Of a stretch of 64,000 nt of DNA, positions 50,551 to 62,316 are shown piece after piece. This DNA is from Ignavibacteria bacterium (GTDB lineage: Bacteria > Bacteroidota > Ignavibacteria > Kapaibacteriales > UBA961): contig JADJXV010000024.1 of NCBI GenBank assembly GCA_016720145.1, positions 130,726-194,725 of the forward strand, written 5' to 3'. Both the position numbers and the translations under genes were made by a program. Position 1 is the stretch's first letter. Each line of letters opens with the position of its first letter. The notes under the pieces are model-generated. The model searched no databases. It was not told the DNA's origin and saw only the letters and a program-made list of their open reading frames with translations.

Positions 50551-53473
50551 CTTCCCGGCATTCACCCAAGCAGCGCAGTATCTCAATGCATGCGGTGTGA
50601 TGGATTCGGTGATAATTGATGTGCGCCCCGGATATTATCAAGAGCAAGTTAATTTTACACAAATACCCGGTACTGCTGCGCTTAAGAAGGTGATTTTCCG
50701 ACAAGAACCCAAAACAACCTCCAAGCCAATCGTGAGCTTTGGTGCAATTTATCCTAATAATAATGCAGTGTTGAGCTTAGACGGTACGGATTGGATCGTT
50801 TTCAAGAACATAAATTTCATTTCCACCGGCAGCGATTACGCTCAAGTAGTGGTATTGAAAAATGGTACGACTAATGTTTGGCTCGACAGTAACATCATCG
50901 AAACATCATCTGCCGCAGTTAATGATGGTGGCTTAATCTCAGATAATGCAAATCAAGCAACTAATCTAAGAGTTACTAATAATAGTTTCATTCGTGGAAT
51001 CTTCGGTGTTTCGGTTGAATATTTACCCGGAGCTCCAATGACCGGTGTATCAATATCAGGAAATTCATTTATTAATTATACAAGCGTAGGTGCATATATT
51101 CAAGGTGCCGATGCTTCGATGATAGCAAGAAATACCTTCACGACAAACTCAACCCTTGCTACTTCTCTTCAAGTGGTCAATAGTGCCAATAACGCGCAAG
51201 TTGTTGGTAATTTAGTAAGTAATATTCCTTCAGGCACAGGAATCAATATCACCGGGTCTACATCATCTTCACCGGCACTTGCAATGATAGTTGCCAACAA
51301 TATGGTTGGAATCGGATCATCAGGTGTAAACACGAGCGGTATTGAAATTCTCTCGTCTAGCTTTGTGAACGTTTATCACAATACTGTTAACATCGGTGCT
51401 ACCGGTACAAATGCTGCACAAGCAGGTCTCGTGATCAACGGTGGAGGTACTATTCATATCAAAAACAACATATTCTATAATTCAGGAGGAGGATATGCAA
51501 TTTCGGTTGCGTTTACAGCTCCTGCTATACCAATAGCATCAAGTGATTATAATGTACTCTACTCAAATGGAGCATTTCTCGGCGCATGGGATAATGGCAC
51601 ATCACTCATGAAATTACCTACGTTGAAAGCATGGCGAGATTCGACAGGTTTTGATCTAACTTCACTATCCAAAGTACTTACATTCCAAAATGATTTGCTT
51701 CATTTGGTAAATGTTGACTCGACATTATTCGGTACTACAAGTCTGCTCTCGACTGTTACTACTGATATAGATCGTCAGCCAAGACGCACTCCATATATGG
51801 GCGCTGATGAAATTATTCCTGTCATTACAATTGTAAATTCGACAGGTCAGCAGTTCGTATGTATGGGTAATACCGTTATCTTCTCCGTCGATGCAGTGAT
51901 TTCAAATAGTGGAAGATTCCGATATCAATGGCAACGAAATGGTGTGAATATACCTGACTCTACAGGCCGAACTTTGACGATATATAATAGCAATTTTGAC
52001 TCGGAAGCATTTTACCGTGTGATATTAATGGGTAATTCAGGCGCTGATACTGTCGTTAGCCAAATGATGCAATTAGCAATTGCTCCTCAGACAAAAGTGT
52101 TTATCCAACCGAAGACAGTCTATTTATTGCCCGGAAGCAATGCAACCTTCGAAGTCGGTGCAGAAGCTGCTCCGATTCTCCCGCAAAATCGCGTCTATTA
52201 TGCTTGGTATCGCGGCACAACTAAGCTCGAAAATACAACACGTTTCGCCGGAACAGATACTCCAATCCTTCAGATATTTAATGTCCAACCTGCTGACACA
52301 GGACGTAACTATTATGCTGTAGTTGAAGGTACTTGCGGTCGTGATTCCTCACAATTATTTGCAGTGCTTCTCCCCGGCGCTATCTTTATCAAGCAGCCAA
52401 GAGATACAGCAGCATGTAACGGAGGAAGTGTGACTCTATCTGCTACACTCCAAACAGAAATTCCGAATGCCATGCTCAAATATCAATGGATGCGTGGTAA
52501 TCGATTTGTGGTCGATACCGGTAATTTTAGTGGTGCGACTACGCCGAACTTGACAATTACTAATGTAACACCAGCCGATACAGGTTCTGACTATGTGTTG
52601 GTCGTGACTGTCGTTGCAAATAATTCAACGCTTCTTACAGGATATGCTACAGTAGGATTAAATAAAGAAACAGTTATTACCGACTCCCCTCGTAATCAAG
52701 CATCGTGTGAAGGCAAGCCACTGCTTCTCACTGCCACCGCCGATGGTAGTAATCTCATCTATCAATGGCAACGTAATGATGTCAATATACCCGGTGCAAA
52801 TACAAGAAGTTATACTATCCCAACGTTAGACTCTAATACAATAGGTAAGTATCGAATAGTAGTGACAGGCGTATGCGGCACTCAAACATCGAACGCAGCG
52901 ACAATTTCCAAAAAAGATAAACCGGGAATATTGCTTCAGCCTCTCAAACGCGTTCGCCTGTTTGTCGGTAAGCTCTTGACAATTGCAATGGAGCCATCCG
53001 GCGCCATTCCACTTCGCTATAAATGGTACAAAAACGGCGTCGAAGTGCCATCTTCCGGTGAAAAGATCTTCTACAAAAATGATGTGACAAGAGCAGATAC
53101 CGGTATTTACTACTGTGTGATTTCAAATGAATGTGACTCCATCCGTACTGACAATGTAGAAGTATATTACGACCCGACAGCAGTGAATGAAGTAGCTGAA
53201 ATAAATGGCTTTACACTCGAAAGTCCTCAGCCGAATCCGGTTGTGAATTCATCACTCATACGCTTTGTCGTGCCTATGGAAGCACAGGTAACTATCTCAC
53301 TTCGAAATACACTCGGACAAGTAGTTGCGACCTTAATTAATGCCCGATATTCAGCCGGCGACTATTCTGTGGAATTCAATCCATCAAGCAGTAATTTGCC
53401 TGCAGGTGTGTATTTTACCGAACTTAATAGTGGTAATGTACGGATCGTCCGCTCGACAGTGATTATTCGCTAA
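50429..53473 (+). CDS. C-terminal portion of the same giant T9SS cargo protein: parallel beta-helix repeats, several Ig-like domains and a T9SS C-terminal sorting domain
   Basis: Right-handed beta-helix repeats (NNSFIRGIFGVSVEY...). About six Ig-like units (YQWQRNGV...Y.C.V.N). CTD ...FTLESPQPNPVVNS...VYFTELNSGNVRIVRSTVIIR. Confidence 0.75.
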   Translation: MLRRRFPIIQLTTTKQMMVVLVLADPGLARGVYTLGGSPADFPAFTQAAQYLNACGVMDSVIIDVRPGYYQEQVNFTQIPGTAALKKVIFRQEPKTTSKPIVSFGAIYPNNNAVLSLDGTDWIVFKNINFISTGSDYAQVVVLKNGTTNVWLDSNIIETSSAAVNDGGLISDNANQATNLRVTNNSFIRGIFGVSVEYLPGAPMTGVSISGNSFINYTSVGAYIQGADASMIARNTFTTNSTLATSLQVVNSANNAQVVGNLVSNIPSGTGINITGSTSSSPALAMIVANNMVGIGSSGVNTSGIEILSSSFVNVYHNTVNIGATGTNAAQAGLVINGGGTIHIKNNIFYNSGGGYAISVAFTAPAIPIASSDYNVLYSNGAFLGAWDNGTSLMKLPTLKAWRDSTGFDLTSLSKVLTFQNDLLHLVNVDSTLFGTTSLLSTVTTDIDRQPRRTPYMGADEIIPVITIVNSTGQQFVCMGNTVIFSVDAVISNSGRFRYQWQRNGVNIPDSTGRTLTIYNSNFDSEAFYRVILMGNSGADTVVSQMMQLAIAPQTKVFIQPKTVYLLPGSNATFEVGAEAAPILPQNRVYYAWYRGTTKLENTTRFAGTDTPILQIFNVQPADTGRNYYAVVEGTCGRDSSQLFAVLLPGAIFIKQPRDTAACNGGSVTLSATLQTEIPNAMLKYQWMRGNRFVVDTGNFSGATTPNLTITNVTPADTGSDYVLVVTVVANNSTLLTGYATVGLNKETVITDSPRNQASCEGKPLLLTATADGSNLIYQWQRNDVNIPGANTRSYTIPTLDSNTIGKYRIVVTGVCGTQTSNAATISKKDKPGILLQPLKRVRLFVGKLLTIAMEPSGAIPLRYKWYKNGVEVPSSGEKIFYKNDVTRADTGIYYCVISNECDSIRTDNVEVYYDPTAVNEVAEINGFTLESPQPNPVVNSSLIRFVVPMEAQVTISLRNTLGQVVATLINARYSAGDYSVEFNPSSSNLPAGVYFTELNSGNVRIVRSTVIIR

Positions 53474-53599
53474 GCTGAATAATTAGAATCAACGCTTGTT
53501 TAGCATTCAATAGCAACCAAAAACCTGACAGGTTAAAGAAAACCTGTCAGGTTTAAGGAGCTGGGTAATATTAAGATAGCTTAGTTGTTGTAAAATAAA

Positions 53600-53632
53600 A
53601 AGGCGAACCATTTGTATGGTTCGCCTTTTTGT
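53600..53632 (+). terminator. Rho-independent terminator after the giant cargo gene
   Basis: GGCGAACCAT-ttgt-ATGGTTCGCC followed by TTTTT. Confidence 0.75.
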
Positions 53633-53637
53633 ATTAT

Positions 53638-53885
53638 TAGAGTTTCCGCATCAAAATATGCGATCCTTCTGATAGCTCCATCGGAGCGAAATAGTAATAG
53701 AAAATGGACGATTCGTTGGAACAAAGCTCCGTAGGAGCGACATAAATACGTCGATTCCACCACCTCTATCGCTCCCATGGAGCTTCTATGTGTTTTTGGA
53801 CGTTCGTACTATTGATATTTCGCCCTTATAGGGCTGTTTGAATGAATTATTTACCGTCGGAAATTTTGATGAAGAAATCGTATTA
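53638..53885. repeat. Copy 2 of the ~240-bp dispersed structured repeat (see 23588)
   Basis: Same order of GTTTCCGCA..., GCTCC(A/G)T(C/A)GGAGC motifs and a GCCCTTATAGGGC hairpin. Confidence 0.8.
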
Positions 53886-53913
53886 TTTTTATGTGGAAAT
53901 ATATCGTAACGTT

Positions 53914-54897
53914 TTACCGGCATGTGCTTTCTCTCTCGGTTGCTACTATCCGACCGGACGAGGAATTTATTAGCGAACGAGCTATCGCATCTTCATCCTC
54001 TTGAGGATTACTTACAAATGACTCAGGTATAACAAAACGTACTCCAAACTGTAGCCCGGAAATCACTCTGTGCGAACCGGATAATGTTGGTGCAAAGCGT
54101 AGAGTATAATTGATATAAGGTTGAATCTCACCATATTGAGCTGACTCATAAAGCCAGGGTGTTGACCGTAACAATATCTGAAATGAATACGAAAGTCCAA
54201 TCTTCAGCGAATAGACCATTTCATAGGTTCTGTCTCCGGCACTCTCACGGGTAGCAACACGACCCTCGGGAGAATACGATACCATCGAGCTTCGTGGGAA
54301 TACAACAGAAGTATCGTTATCTGAAAGTGATAGCACACTTCTGGTTTTATCCCAGATAATCATATTGATATCGGGTTCAAAGCGTATTCGCAACTTGTTG
54401 AGGATGTATGTCGGCATGTCAGCAATACCACTAATCCCAACCGAAAGATTACTCACTTCCATAGTACGCACAGCCGAGGCAATGCGTGGCGTAGAATCTG
54501 ATTGGGCAATAACTTGCGCATCTTGCACTCCCTCACCCTTATTGGAACGATGCAGCACATTGAATCCAAATCCTAATTCTAAATATTTGTGCCTATTGCG
54601 ACTTCCTATATGTAGTGGATTTTTACTCCTAACGCTAACGAGCAAGCTATACTGTTGGGTCAAGGAATTAGTGAGCGTCAATGGAACTTGGGAAGTATTA
54701 AAAAATGGCGCGGCATAATCAACAAAAGCAAACTCGTGTCCTAAACTAAAACACAAAGCGAGAGGAGCACTTTCTCCCATCCACGCCGGATTTATTGCTA
54801 TACAGCATTGGCCACTTGTTAGCAGCAATAGTACGAACAAGATTACACGTAAAAAAGTGTTCTGCGGATGATAAGAGAAAGAAGTATTTACTTTCAT
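53914..54897 (-). CDS. Hypothetical outer-membrane protein (possibly PorP/SprF-like beta-barrel)
   Basis: Signal peptide. Alternating hydrophobic beta-strand pattern. It lies adjacent to a T9SS cargo gene. Confidence 0.35.
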   Translation of the reverse strand: MKVNTSFSYHPQNTFLRVILFVLLLLTSGQCCIAINPAWMGESAPLALCFSLGHEFAFVDYAAPFFNTSQVPLTLTNSLTQQYSLLVSVRSKNPLHIGSRNRHKYLELGFGFNVLHRSNKGEGVQDAQVIAQSDSTPRIASAVRTMEVSNLSVGISGIADMPTYILNKLRIRFEPDINMIIWDKTRSVLSLSDNDTSVVFPRSSMVSYSPEGRVATRESAGDRTYEMVYSLKIGLSYSFQILLRSTPWLYESAQYGEIQPYINYTLRFAPTLSGSHRVISGLQFGVRFVIPESFVSNPQEDEDAIARSLINSSSGRIVATERESTCR

Positions 54898-54931
54898 ACG
54901 TTCTCCCGAATGTTTTTTTAAAAATATAGGG

Positions 54932-54990
54932 TCGAGTTGTATTCGCCCTCTTCCTGCACGACGCCGGGCGGATGCAATCCGCCCCTACGT
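54932..54990. repeat. REP-like palindromic element, same family as 17399, in opposite orientation
   Basis: ...gggcgaatacaactc (partial), GGGCGGATGCAATCCGCCCCTACG. Confidence 0.8.
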
Positions 54991-55005
54991 TTATGATAGT
55001 AATCC

Positions 55006-57084
<2,079 letters not shown>

Positions 57085-57304
57085 TTAAGAGGATTTTGTG
57101 AGATTAAAAAAGGGTGAAGATTAATCCGGGATGTGATTTTGTCTTTTATGGTAACTCATTGTAAATGACAAACACTTAAATAGCTTATGACTTCATCTGA
57201 TAACATTAAGATAATATTTGAGTTACCGATATATATTATCTTAAAACATAGCCCATGGTTTTAACCGTGGGTACTCAATTGTGAATAACCACCCCCCAAA
57301 AAAA

Positions 57305-57330
57305 CGCTTGGACGGCAACGGGTGCCCGCA
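57305..57330. repeat. Left arm of a 26-bp inverted repeat pair bracketing gene 57491-58927
   Basis: gcttggacggcaacgggtgcccgcaa. Its partner at 58979 is ttgcggtcacccgttgccgtccaagc, 25 of 26 complementary. Confidence 0.85.
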
Positions 57331-57490
57331 AGCAACGGCTGGAATTAGCACAACCTAACCCAAAAAACACTCTTGGCACAATAGTTGAGGGTTCAGTTGG
57401 AAAGTGGTAATTATGGTGAATATTCTCCTTTATTACATCAAAAGTTCCCAAAGAAAAATAGAATTGCACGTTAATTTTTAGATAAATCCC

Positions 57491-58927
57491 ATGAAACGAT
57501 TCTTATCCATCCTCTTGATTGCTATAGGGTTGCTTGTGTCAAGCAATCTAAGCTCTCAATCGATTCGTCTCGTCCGCTCGGATGTGGATTCTACTCGGGC
57601 ACATTTTATTACGGCTACATTTCGATTCGGGGTGGATATTACCCTTGAGTCTGCGCCCGGATGTACGGGAGCAGCATTCGAACTCCGCTATACGAATGCA
57701 TCGGTGGTGCGATTTTCTGGGTGGAGTGCAGGTACGTTTGGTTCGCGGGGTACAATTCAGGTTGACCAATCAGACATCACAACCGGCTTTGGTAAAATCA
57801 GCGTTGGAGCTCTTTCGGGTGATCCTGCATACGCAAAAGGAATCGACAATCCGATCATCATTCACCTTGATTTTGTAGTCACACCGGACGCACTTCACAA
57901 CCAGTCCAGCGTGTTTACATTCGTCAATGCACAAGGAATTATTAATAAAGACAGTGGTACGATAGTTCAATTAACAAGCAATCCACTCACATTTGCTATT
58001 CGCAGCTTCGTGCAAGTATGGCCGGGTGATGCTGATAATAATGGCTTAGTCGATACCCGTGACGCGTCGCAAATTGGTCGTTTTATTGGAAATAATGATT
58101 CGTTGACAATGTTTCGTGGTTTCAAACGCCGCCCTAGCAGTATCTATTGGTCATCCCAAACTGCCCTTGCATGGGATTCGGCACAAGCAACCTATACCGA
58201 TTGTGACGGCAGCGGCGATGTGACAATTACCGATTTGCTAGTCGTGCCGCTCAATTTTGGTAAAACTACTTTTGCTCAAAAAGGCGAAACTCCGCTCGTC
58301 GTGCCTGTAAAAGATAATCCTCCATATTCGCCCGAAAATCTTGTTAAAATTCCTATTCTTTGCACCTCCGACCGACAATATCTCGCTGCCTCCGGAAAAG
58401 TGGCATGGAATATGTGGAAAGAGTACAAGAATGCACAAGTCGTTGGTATCGAAGCAGGTGAGTTATTCTGCGGCGATGTGATGCTCTATTATAACATCGA
58501 CTCAATCAAACAAAATGCTGACTTTGCGATAGGTTCGCTCAGCCACACGTGCCTTGCCCCCGCAGGCGTAGGTGTGATTGCATACTTATTACTCGACCCC
58601 CAAGGACCTGGTACTTTCCCCCTTCCTATGCTGCAAACTCCTACAGGAATCACGGTATCAGGTCTATTTTTTCCTCTGCTAGCACCATCTGGCGTGTATG
58701 AGGAATCCGCCACCAACGACATCTCCTTTGAGATACGCAATCGTCAATTCATTACAACATCTTCTATTCCTTCGACAATCAACATAACCGACGTACTCGG
58801 TCGCACGCTCCTCACCGCCGAATCAACAAACACAATTGACCTACAAATGCTCCCCACAGGAGTCTATTTTGCGGCGATGACGTCAGGTAATACTACACTT
58901 GTCAAGAAGTTTATTCTCTCAGAATAG
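57491..58927 (+). CDS. Secreted protein with dockerin-type repeats and a T9SS C-terminal sorting domain
   Basis: Signal peptide. DADNNGLVDTRDASQIGRFI and DCDGSGDVTITDLLVV dockerin-like Ca-binding repeats. CTD ...VYFAAMTSGNTTLVKKFILSE. Confidence 0.65.
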   Translation: MKRFLSILLIAIGLLVSSNLSSQSIRLVRSDVDSTRAHFITATFRFGVDITLESAPGCTGAAFELRYTNASVVRFSGWSAGTFGSRGTIQVDQSDITTGFGKISVGALSGDPAYAKGIDNPIIIHLDFVVTPDALHNQSSVFTFVNAQGIINKDSGTIVQLTSNPLTFAIRSFVQVWPGDADNNGLVDTRDASQIGRFIGNNDSLTMFRGFKRRPSSIYWSSQTALAWDSAQATYTDCDGSGDVTITDLLVVPLNFGKTTFAQKGETPLVVPVKDNPPYSPENLVKIPILCTSDRQYLAASGKVAWNMWKEYKNAQVVGIEAGELFCGDVMLYYNIDSIKQNADFAIGSLSHTCLAPAGVGVIAYLLLDPQGPGTFPLPMLQTPTGITVSGLFFPLLAPSGVYEESATNDISFEIRNRQFITTSSIPSTINITDVLGRTLLTAESTNTIDLQMLPTGVYFAAMTSGNTTLVKKFILSE

Positions 58928-58978
58928 ATTCTCTCTGTTTGTTTTTTTGTTCCCCTTCATTACACTCCACACCGACAT

Positions 58979-59004
58979 TTTGCGGTCACCCGTTGCCGTC
59001 CAAG
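58979..59004. repeat. Right arm of the 26-bp inverted repeat pair
   Basis: See 57305. Confidence 0.85.
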
Positions 59005-59229
59005 CCGGAAGAAAATCATTCTTCTCTAGAACAAATGAACTGAACAGAATTCTCAGTACATCTTCACTTAGCCGATAGATCGGTAAGTACCTCCAAATCG
59101 TACCTATAGGATAGTCTCCTCAGCCCACCTCAATCACCCCACAAAATCCCATCGTCTCTTTCGAATTTTCCGATGGTGGTAATTTTCGGTAATTTGCAGG
59201 AACAATTACTCACACTAAGAATGTAAACA

Positions 59230-60375
59230 ATGACAGAACACACACAAATTCGCTCGGAATTTTATCTCGAAGACGGCATGACTTTTCTCAATCACGGTTC
59301 GTTTGGCGCTGTGCCGCGCTCGGTGCGAGTGGCGCAGGAAGAGTTCCGCCTGCAGTATGAACGCCAGCCTATCCGCTTCGCGATGCGCGAGTTACCGGTA
59401 CTGCTCCGTTCGACTGCTGCTACTCTTGGTGAATTTATCGGCGCGCGCGGCGAGGATATCGTCTTCGTCGAAAACGCTTCCACCGGTATTAATGCCGTTA
59501 TACGTTCGCTCTTCCCGCACTTCAAGCATGGCGATGAAATTCTAACCACGAGTCAAGTCTATGGTGCCGTACGGCAGACGATACTCTATGCTGCCGCCTG
59601 CACAGGTGCACGACTTGTCGAAGTCGATGTGCCATTTCCTGTCGCGCATGAAGATGAGATTGTCGCGGCATTTGTCGCCGGTATTTCGGAGCGCACAACG
59701 CTCGCCGTGATTGACCATATTACCTCACCGACGGGTATAATATTCCCAATTGAAAAAATGATCGCCGCCTGTAAAGAACGCGGTATCGCGGTGTTGATTG
59801 ACGGCGCGCACGCTCCGGGTATGGTGGAATTAAACCTCGACGCGCTTGGCGCAGATTGGTACACAGGCAATTGTCACAAATGGCTTTTTGCGCCAAAGGG
59901 TTGCGCGTTTTTATGGACGCATCCGAGCCGTCAGGCAGAGACCCATCCAACGGTGATTTCGCATAAATACAAGGTCAGCTATACCGAAGAATTCGACTGG
60001 ACAGGAACACAGGATTTCAGCGCATTTCTCACCGTGCCGAATGCATTGGAATTTTATCAACTTCATGGCGGGAAAGCACTCCGCGAACGTAATCACGCCC
60101 TCGCCATCGAAGCCCGGAATATCCTCTCAACCGCATGGAATAAACCCGCACCGTCACCCGACAATATGCTCGGCTTTATGGCAGCAATCGAAGCGCCGGT
60201 TTTTTCATCCGGAACATTGGAAGAATCCGTTAAGCTCCATGATTATCTATGGGATACTCATCGAATAGAAGTGCCTGTGATGCCTTTTAATGATACGCTT
60301 TGGATACGGGTGTCAGCGCAGATTTATAATGTGCGCGAGGAATATGAAACGCTGGCACGAGTGTTTACAATATAA
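59230..60375 (+). CDS. Class V aminotransferase (isopenicillin-N-epimerase / cysteine-desulfurase-like)
   Basis: PLP-fold. ...YTGNCHKWLFAPKG... Lys motif. 381 aa. Confidence 0.75.
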   Translation: MTEHTQIRSEFYLEDGMTFLNHGSFGAVPRSVRVAQEEFRLQYERQPIRFAMRELPVLLRSTAATLGEFIGARGEDIVFVENASTGINAVIRSLFPHFKHGDEILTTSQVYGAVRQTILYAAACTGARLVEVDVPFPVAHEDEIVAAFVAGISERTTLAVIDHITSPTGIIFPIEKMIAACKERGIAVLIDGAHAPGMVELNLDALGADWYTGNCHKWLFAPKGCAFLWTHPSRQAETHPTVISHKYKVSYTEEFDWTGTQDFSAFLTVPNALEFYQLHGGKALRERNHALAIEARNILSTAWNKPAPSPDNMLGFMAAIEAPVFSSGTLEESVKLHDYLWDTHRIEVPVMPFNDTLWIRVSAQIYNVREEYETLARVFTI

Positions 60376-60385
60376 AGGTAAAATT

Positions 60386-61801
60386 ATGAAAATACTTCTC
60401 CTCCTTATCACAACAATCCTCTCCCTAACTCCATGTTCAGCAACGATATGGAATGTTGGACAGGCGCGTCAGTACACCAAGCCAAGCGCAGTATCCTCCC
60501 TCGTTCGTGACGGCGATACCGTCCAAATCGAAGCCGGAATTTATCCCGAAGATGTCGCACGGTGGACTGCTAATGACCTACTGCTGACGGGTGTCGGCGG
60601 CATGGCACATCTCAAGTCCAACGGCAAAAGCTGGGGGAGCAAGGCAATCTGGGTTATAGGTGGGAAAAATACTACGGTGGCGTATATCGAATTCTCTGAA
60701 TGCGCCGTGCCCGATGCCAATGGCGCGGGCATTCGCCTCGAAGCGGCTGATCTCACCGTGCAACACTGTTATTTTCATGATAATCAAAATGGAATTCTCG
60801 CTGGTGACAGTCCCGAGAGCAATATCGTGATTGAATATTCTGAATTCGCTCGCAATGGCGCCGGAGATGGGCAGTCGCATAATCTTTACATTAATCATGT
60901 GCAAACGCTGACGTTTCGGTATAATTATTCCCATCATGCCGTCGTCGGGCACGAACTCAAAAGCCGCGCGTATTCTAATTATATACTCTACAATCGGTTA
61001 AGCAATGAATCTGACGGCACGGCAAGCAGGGAAATTGACCTGCCCAATGGCGGACTTGCCGTGATTATGGGGAATGAAATTCAGCAGGGGACCAAAACCG
61101 AGAACTCCAATATCATCGGTTACGGACTCGAAGGACTCTCCAATCCTGTTCCGCACGAGGTCTTTCTCATTAATAATACGATTGTCAATGACCGTTCAGC
61201 CGGCAGCTTTCTCCATCTTGCCAATGGCACGGCGCGATGCTTTGTTCGCAATACGATTTTTGCCGGTATCGGCACGGTCATCGTAGGCGCGGCGACCACC
61301 ATCGATACGTCGCACAATTGGAATGGAAGCGTGGCGGCTGCCGGATTTATCAGTGCAAGTAATTATAATTACGGACTGCTTGCGACTTCGCCGGCGATTA
61401 ATCGTGGCACTGATATTGGAATTGTCGATAATATTCCGCTCACGCCAAGCAGAGAATACAAGCACCCGAAGTCTTTTATTGAGAAGAAGTTCCAGGACTC
61501 CATCGACTGCGGCGCGCACGAATATCTCGGAGCAATCGGAGTAGAAGAAGCGCTGCAACGTGAGAATGGAATGACCGTCTTCCCGAATCCTTCGAATGGT
61601 GATTTTACGGTTCAATTACCCGCCGGAACGTCGTATGAAAGTATCAATCTCATCGACCCACTCGGACGAAACGTAGCACGTGGAACGCTGACCGGTGACC
61701 GTTATCATTTCTCGGCTCAAGACCTGCCGAATGGTGTGTACTATCTTTATCTCCAACAAAATAATGTACTTGTGACGCGGACTGTGATAATTGCGAGATA
61801 A
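60386..61801 (+). CDS. Secreted right-handed parallel beta-helix protein with a T9SS C-terminal sorting domain
   Basis: Signal peptide MKILLLLITTILSLTPCSA. beta-helix repeats (CYFHDNQNGIL..., NNTIVND). CTD ...MTVFPNPSNGDFTV...VYYLYLQQNNVLVTRTVIIAR. Confidence 0.7.
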   Translation: MKILLLLITTILSLTPCSATIWNVGQARQYTKPSAVSSLVRDGDTVQIEAGIYPEDVARWTANDLLLTGVGGMAHLKSNGKSWGSKAIWVIGGKNTTVAYIEFSECAVPDANGAGIRLEAADLTVQHCYFHDNQNGILAGDSPESNIVIEYSEFARNGAGDGQSHNLYINHVQTLTFRYNYSHHAVVGHELKSRAYSNYILYNRLSNESDGTASREIDLPNGGLAVIMGNEIQQGTKTENSNIIGYGLEGLSNPVPHEVFLINNTIVNDRSAGSFLHLANGTARCFVRNTIFAGIGTVIVGAATTIDTSHNWNGSVAAAGFISASNYNYGLLATSPAINRGTDIGIVDNIPLTPSREYKHPKSFIEKKFQDSIDCGAHEYLGAIGVEEALQRENGMTVFPNPSNGDFTVQLPAGTSYESINLIDPLGRNVARGTLTGDRYHFSAQDLPNGVYYLYLQQNNVLVTRTVIIAR

Positions 61802-61820
61802 GGTTGTTGAATCTATCAAG

Positions 61821-62255
61821 TTTCGTTTTTTAACACGAAGGCACAAAGTAGCCACAAAGTTCACTATAGATGCTAGTATTTGTAGTGACCTTTGTGCCCA
61901 CTTGGTGACTTTGTGTTAAAACTGATTCTGAAGATAACAGTATGGAGATCAATGTATTTCCTGCAGTATTCGTTTTTTAACACGAAGGCACAAAGTGGCC
62001 ACAAAGTTCACTATAGATACCGGTATTTGTAGTGACCTTCTTGGCCACTTGGTGGCTTTGTGTTAATACTGATTCTGAAGATAACTTGTTGAATATCAAA
62101 GAATTGCCCGGCAGTGTTCGTTTTTTAAACACTAAGGCACAAAGTTCACTATATATACCGGTATTTGTAGTGACCTTCGTGGTCACTTGGTGACTTTGTG
62201 TTAAAACTGATTCTGAAGATAACATTATGTAGATCAATACATTACCCGGTAAATT
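61821..62255. repeat. Three tandem direct repeats of ~148 bp
   Basis: Units begin at 61821, 61970 and 62118. Each runs TTTTTTAACACGAAGGCACAAAGT...CACTATAGATaCcGGTATTTGTAGTGACCTT...CACTTGGTGaCTTTGTGTTAAaACTGATTCTGAAGATAAC. The third unit has an 11-bp deletion. Confidence 0.9.
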
Positions 62256-62316
62256 AGGATGAATAAATCGCCTCAAGGCGATGGTGAACACGTAGTACTT
62301 ATACTTATAAAACATC

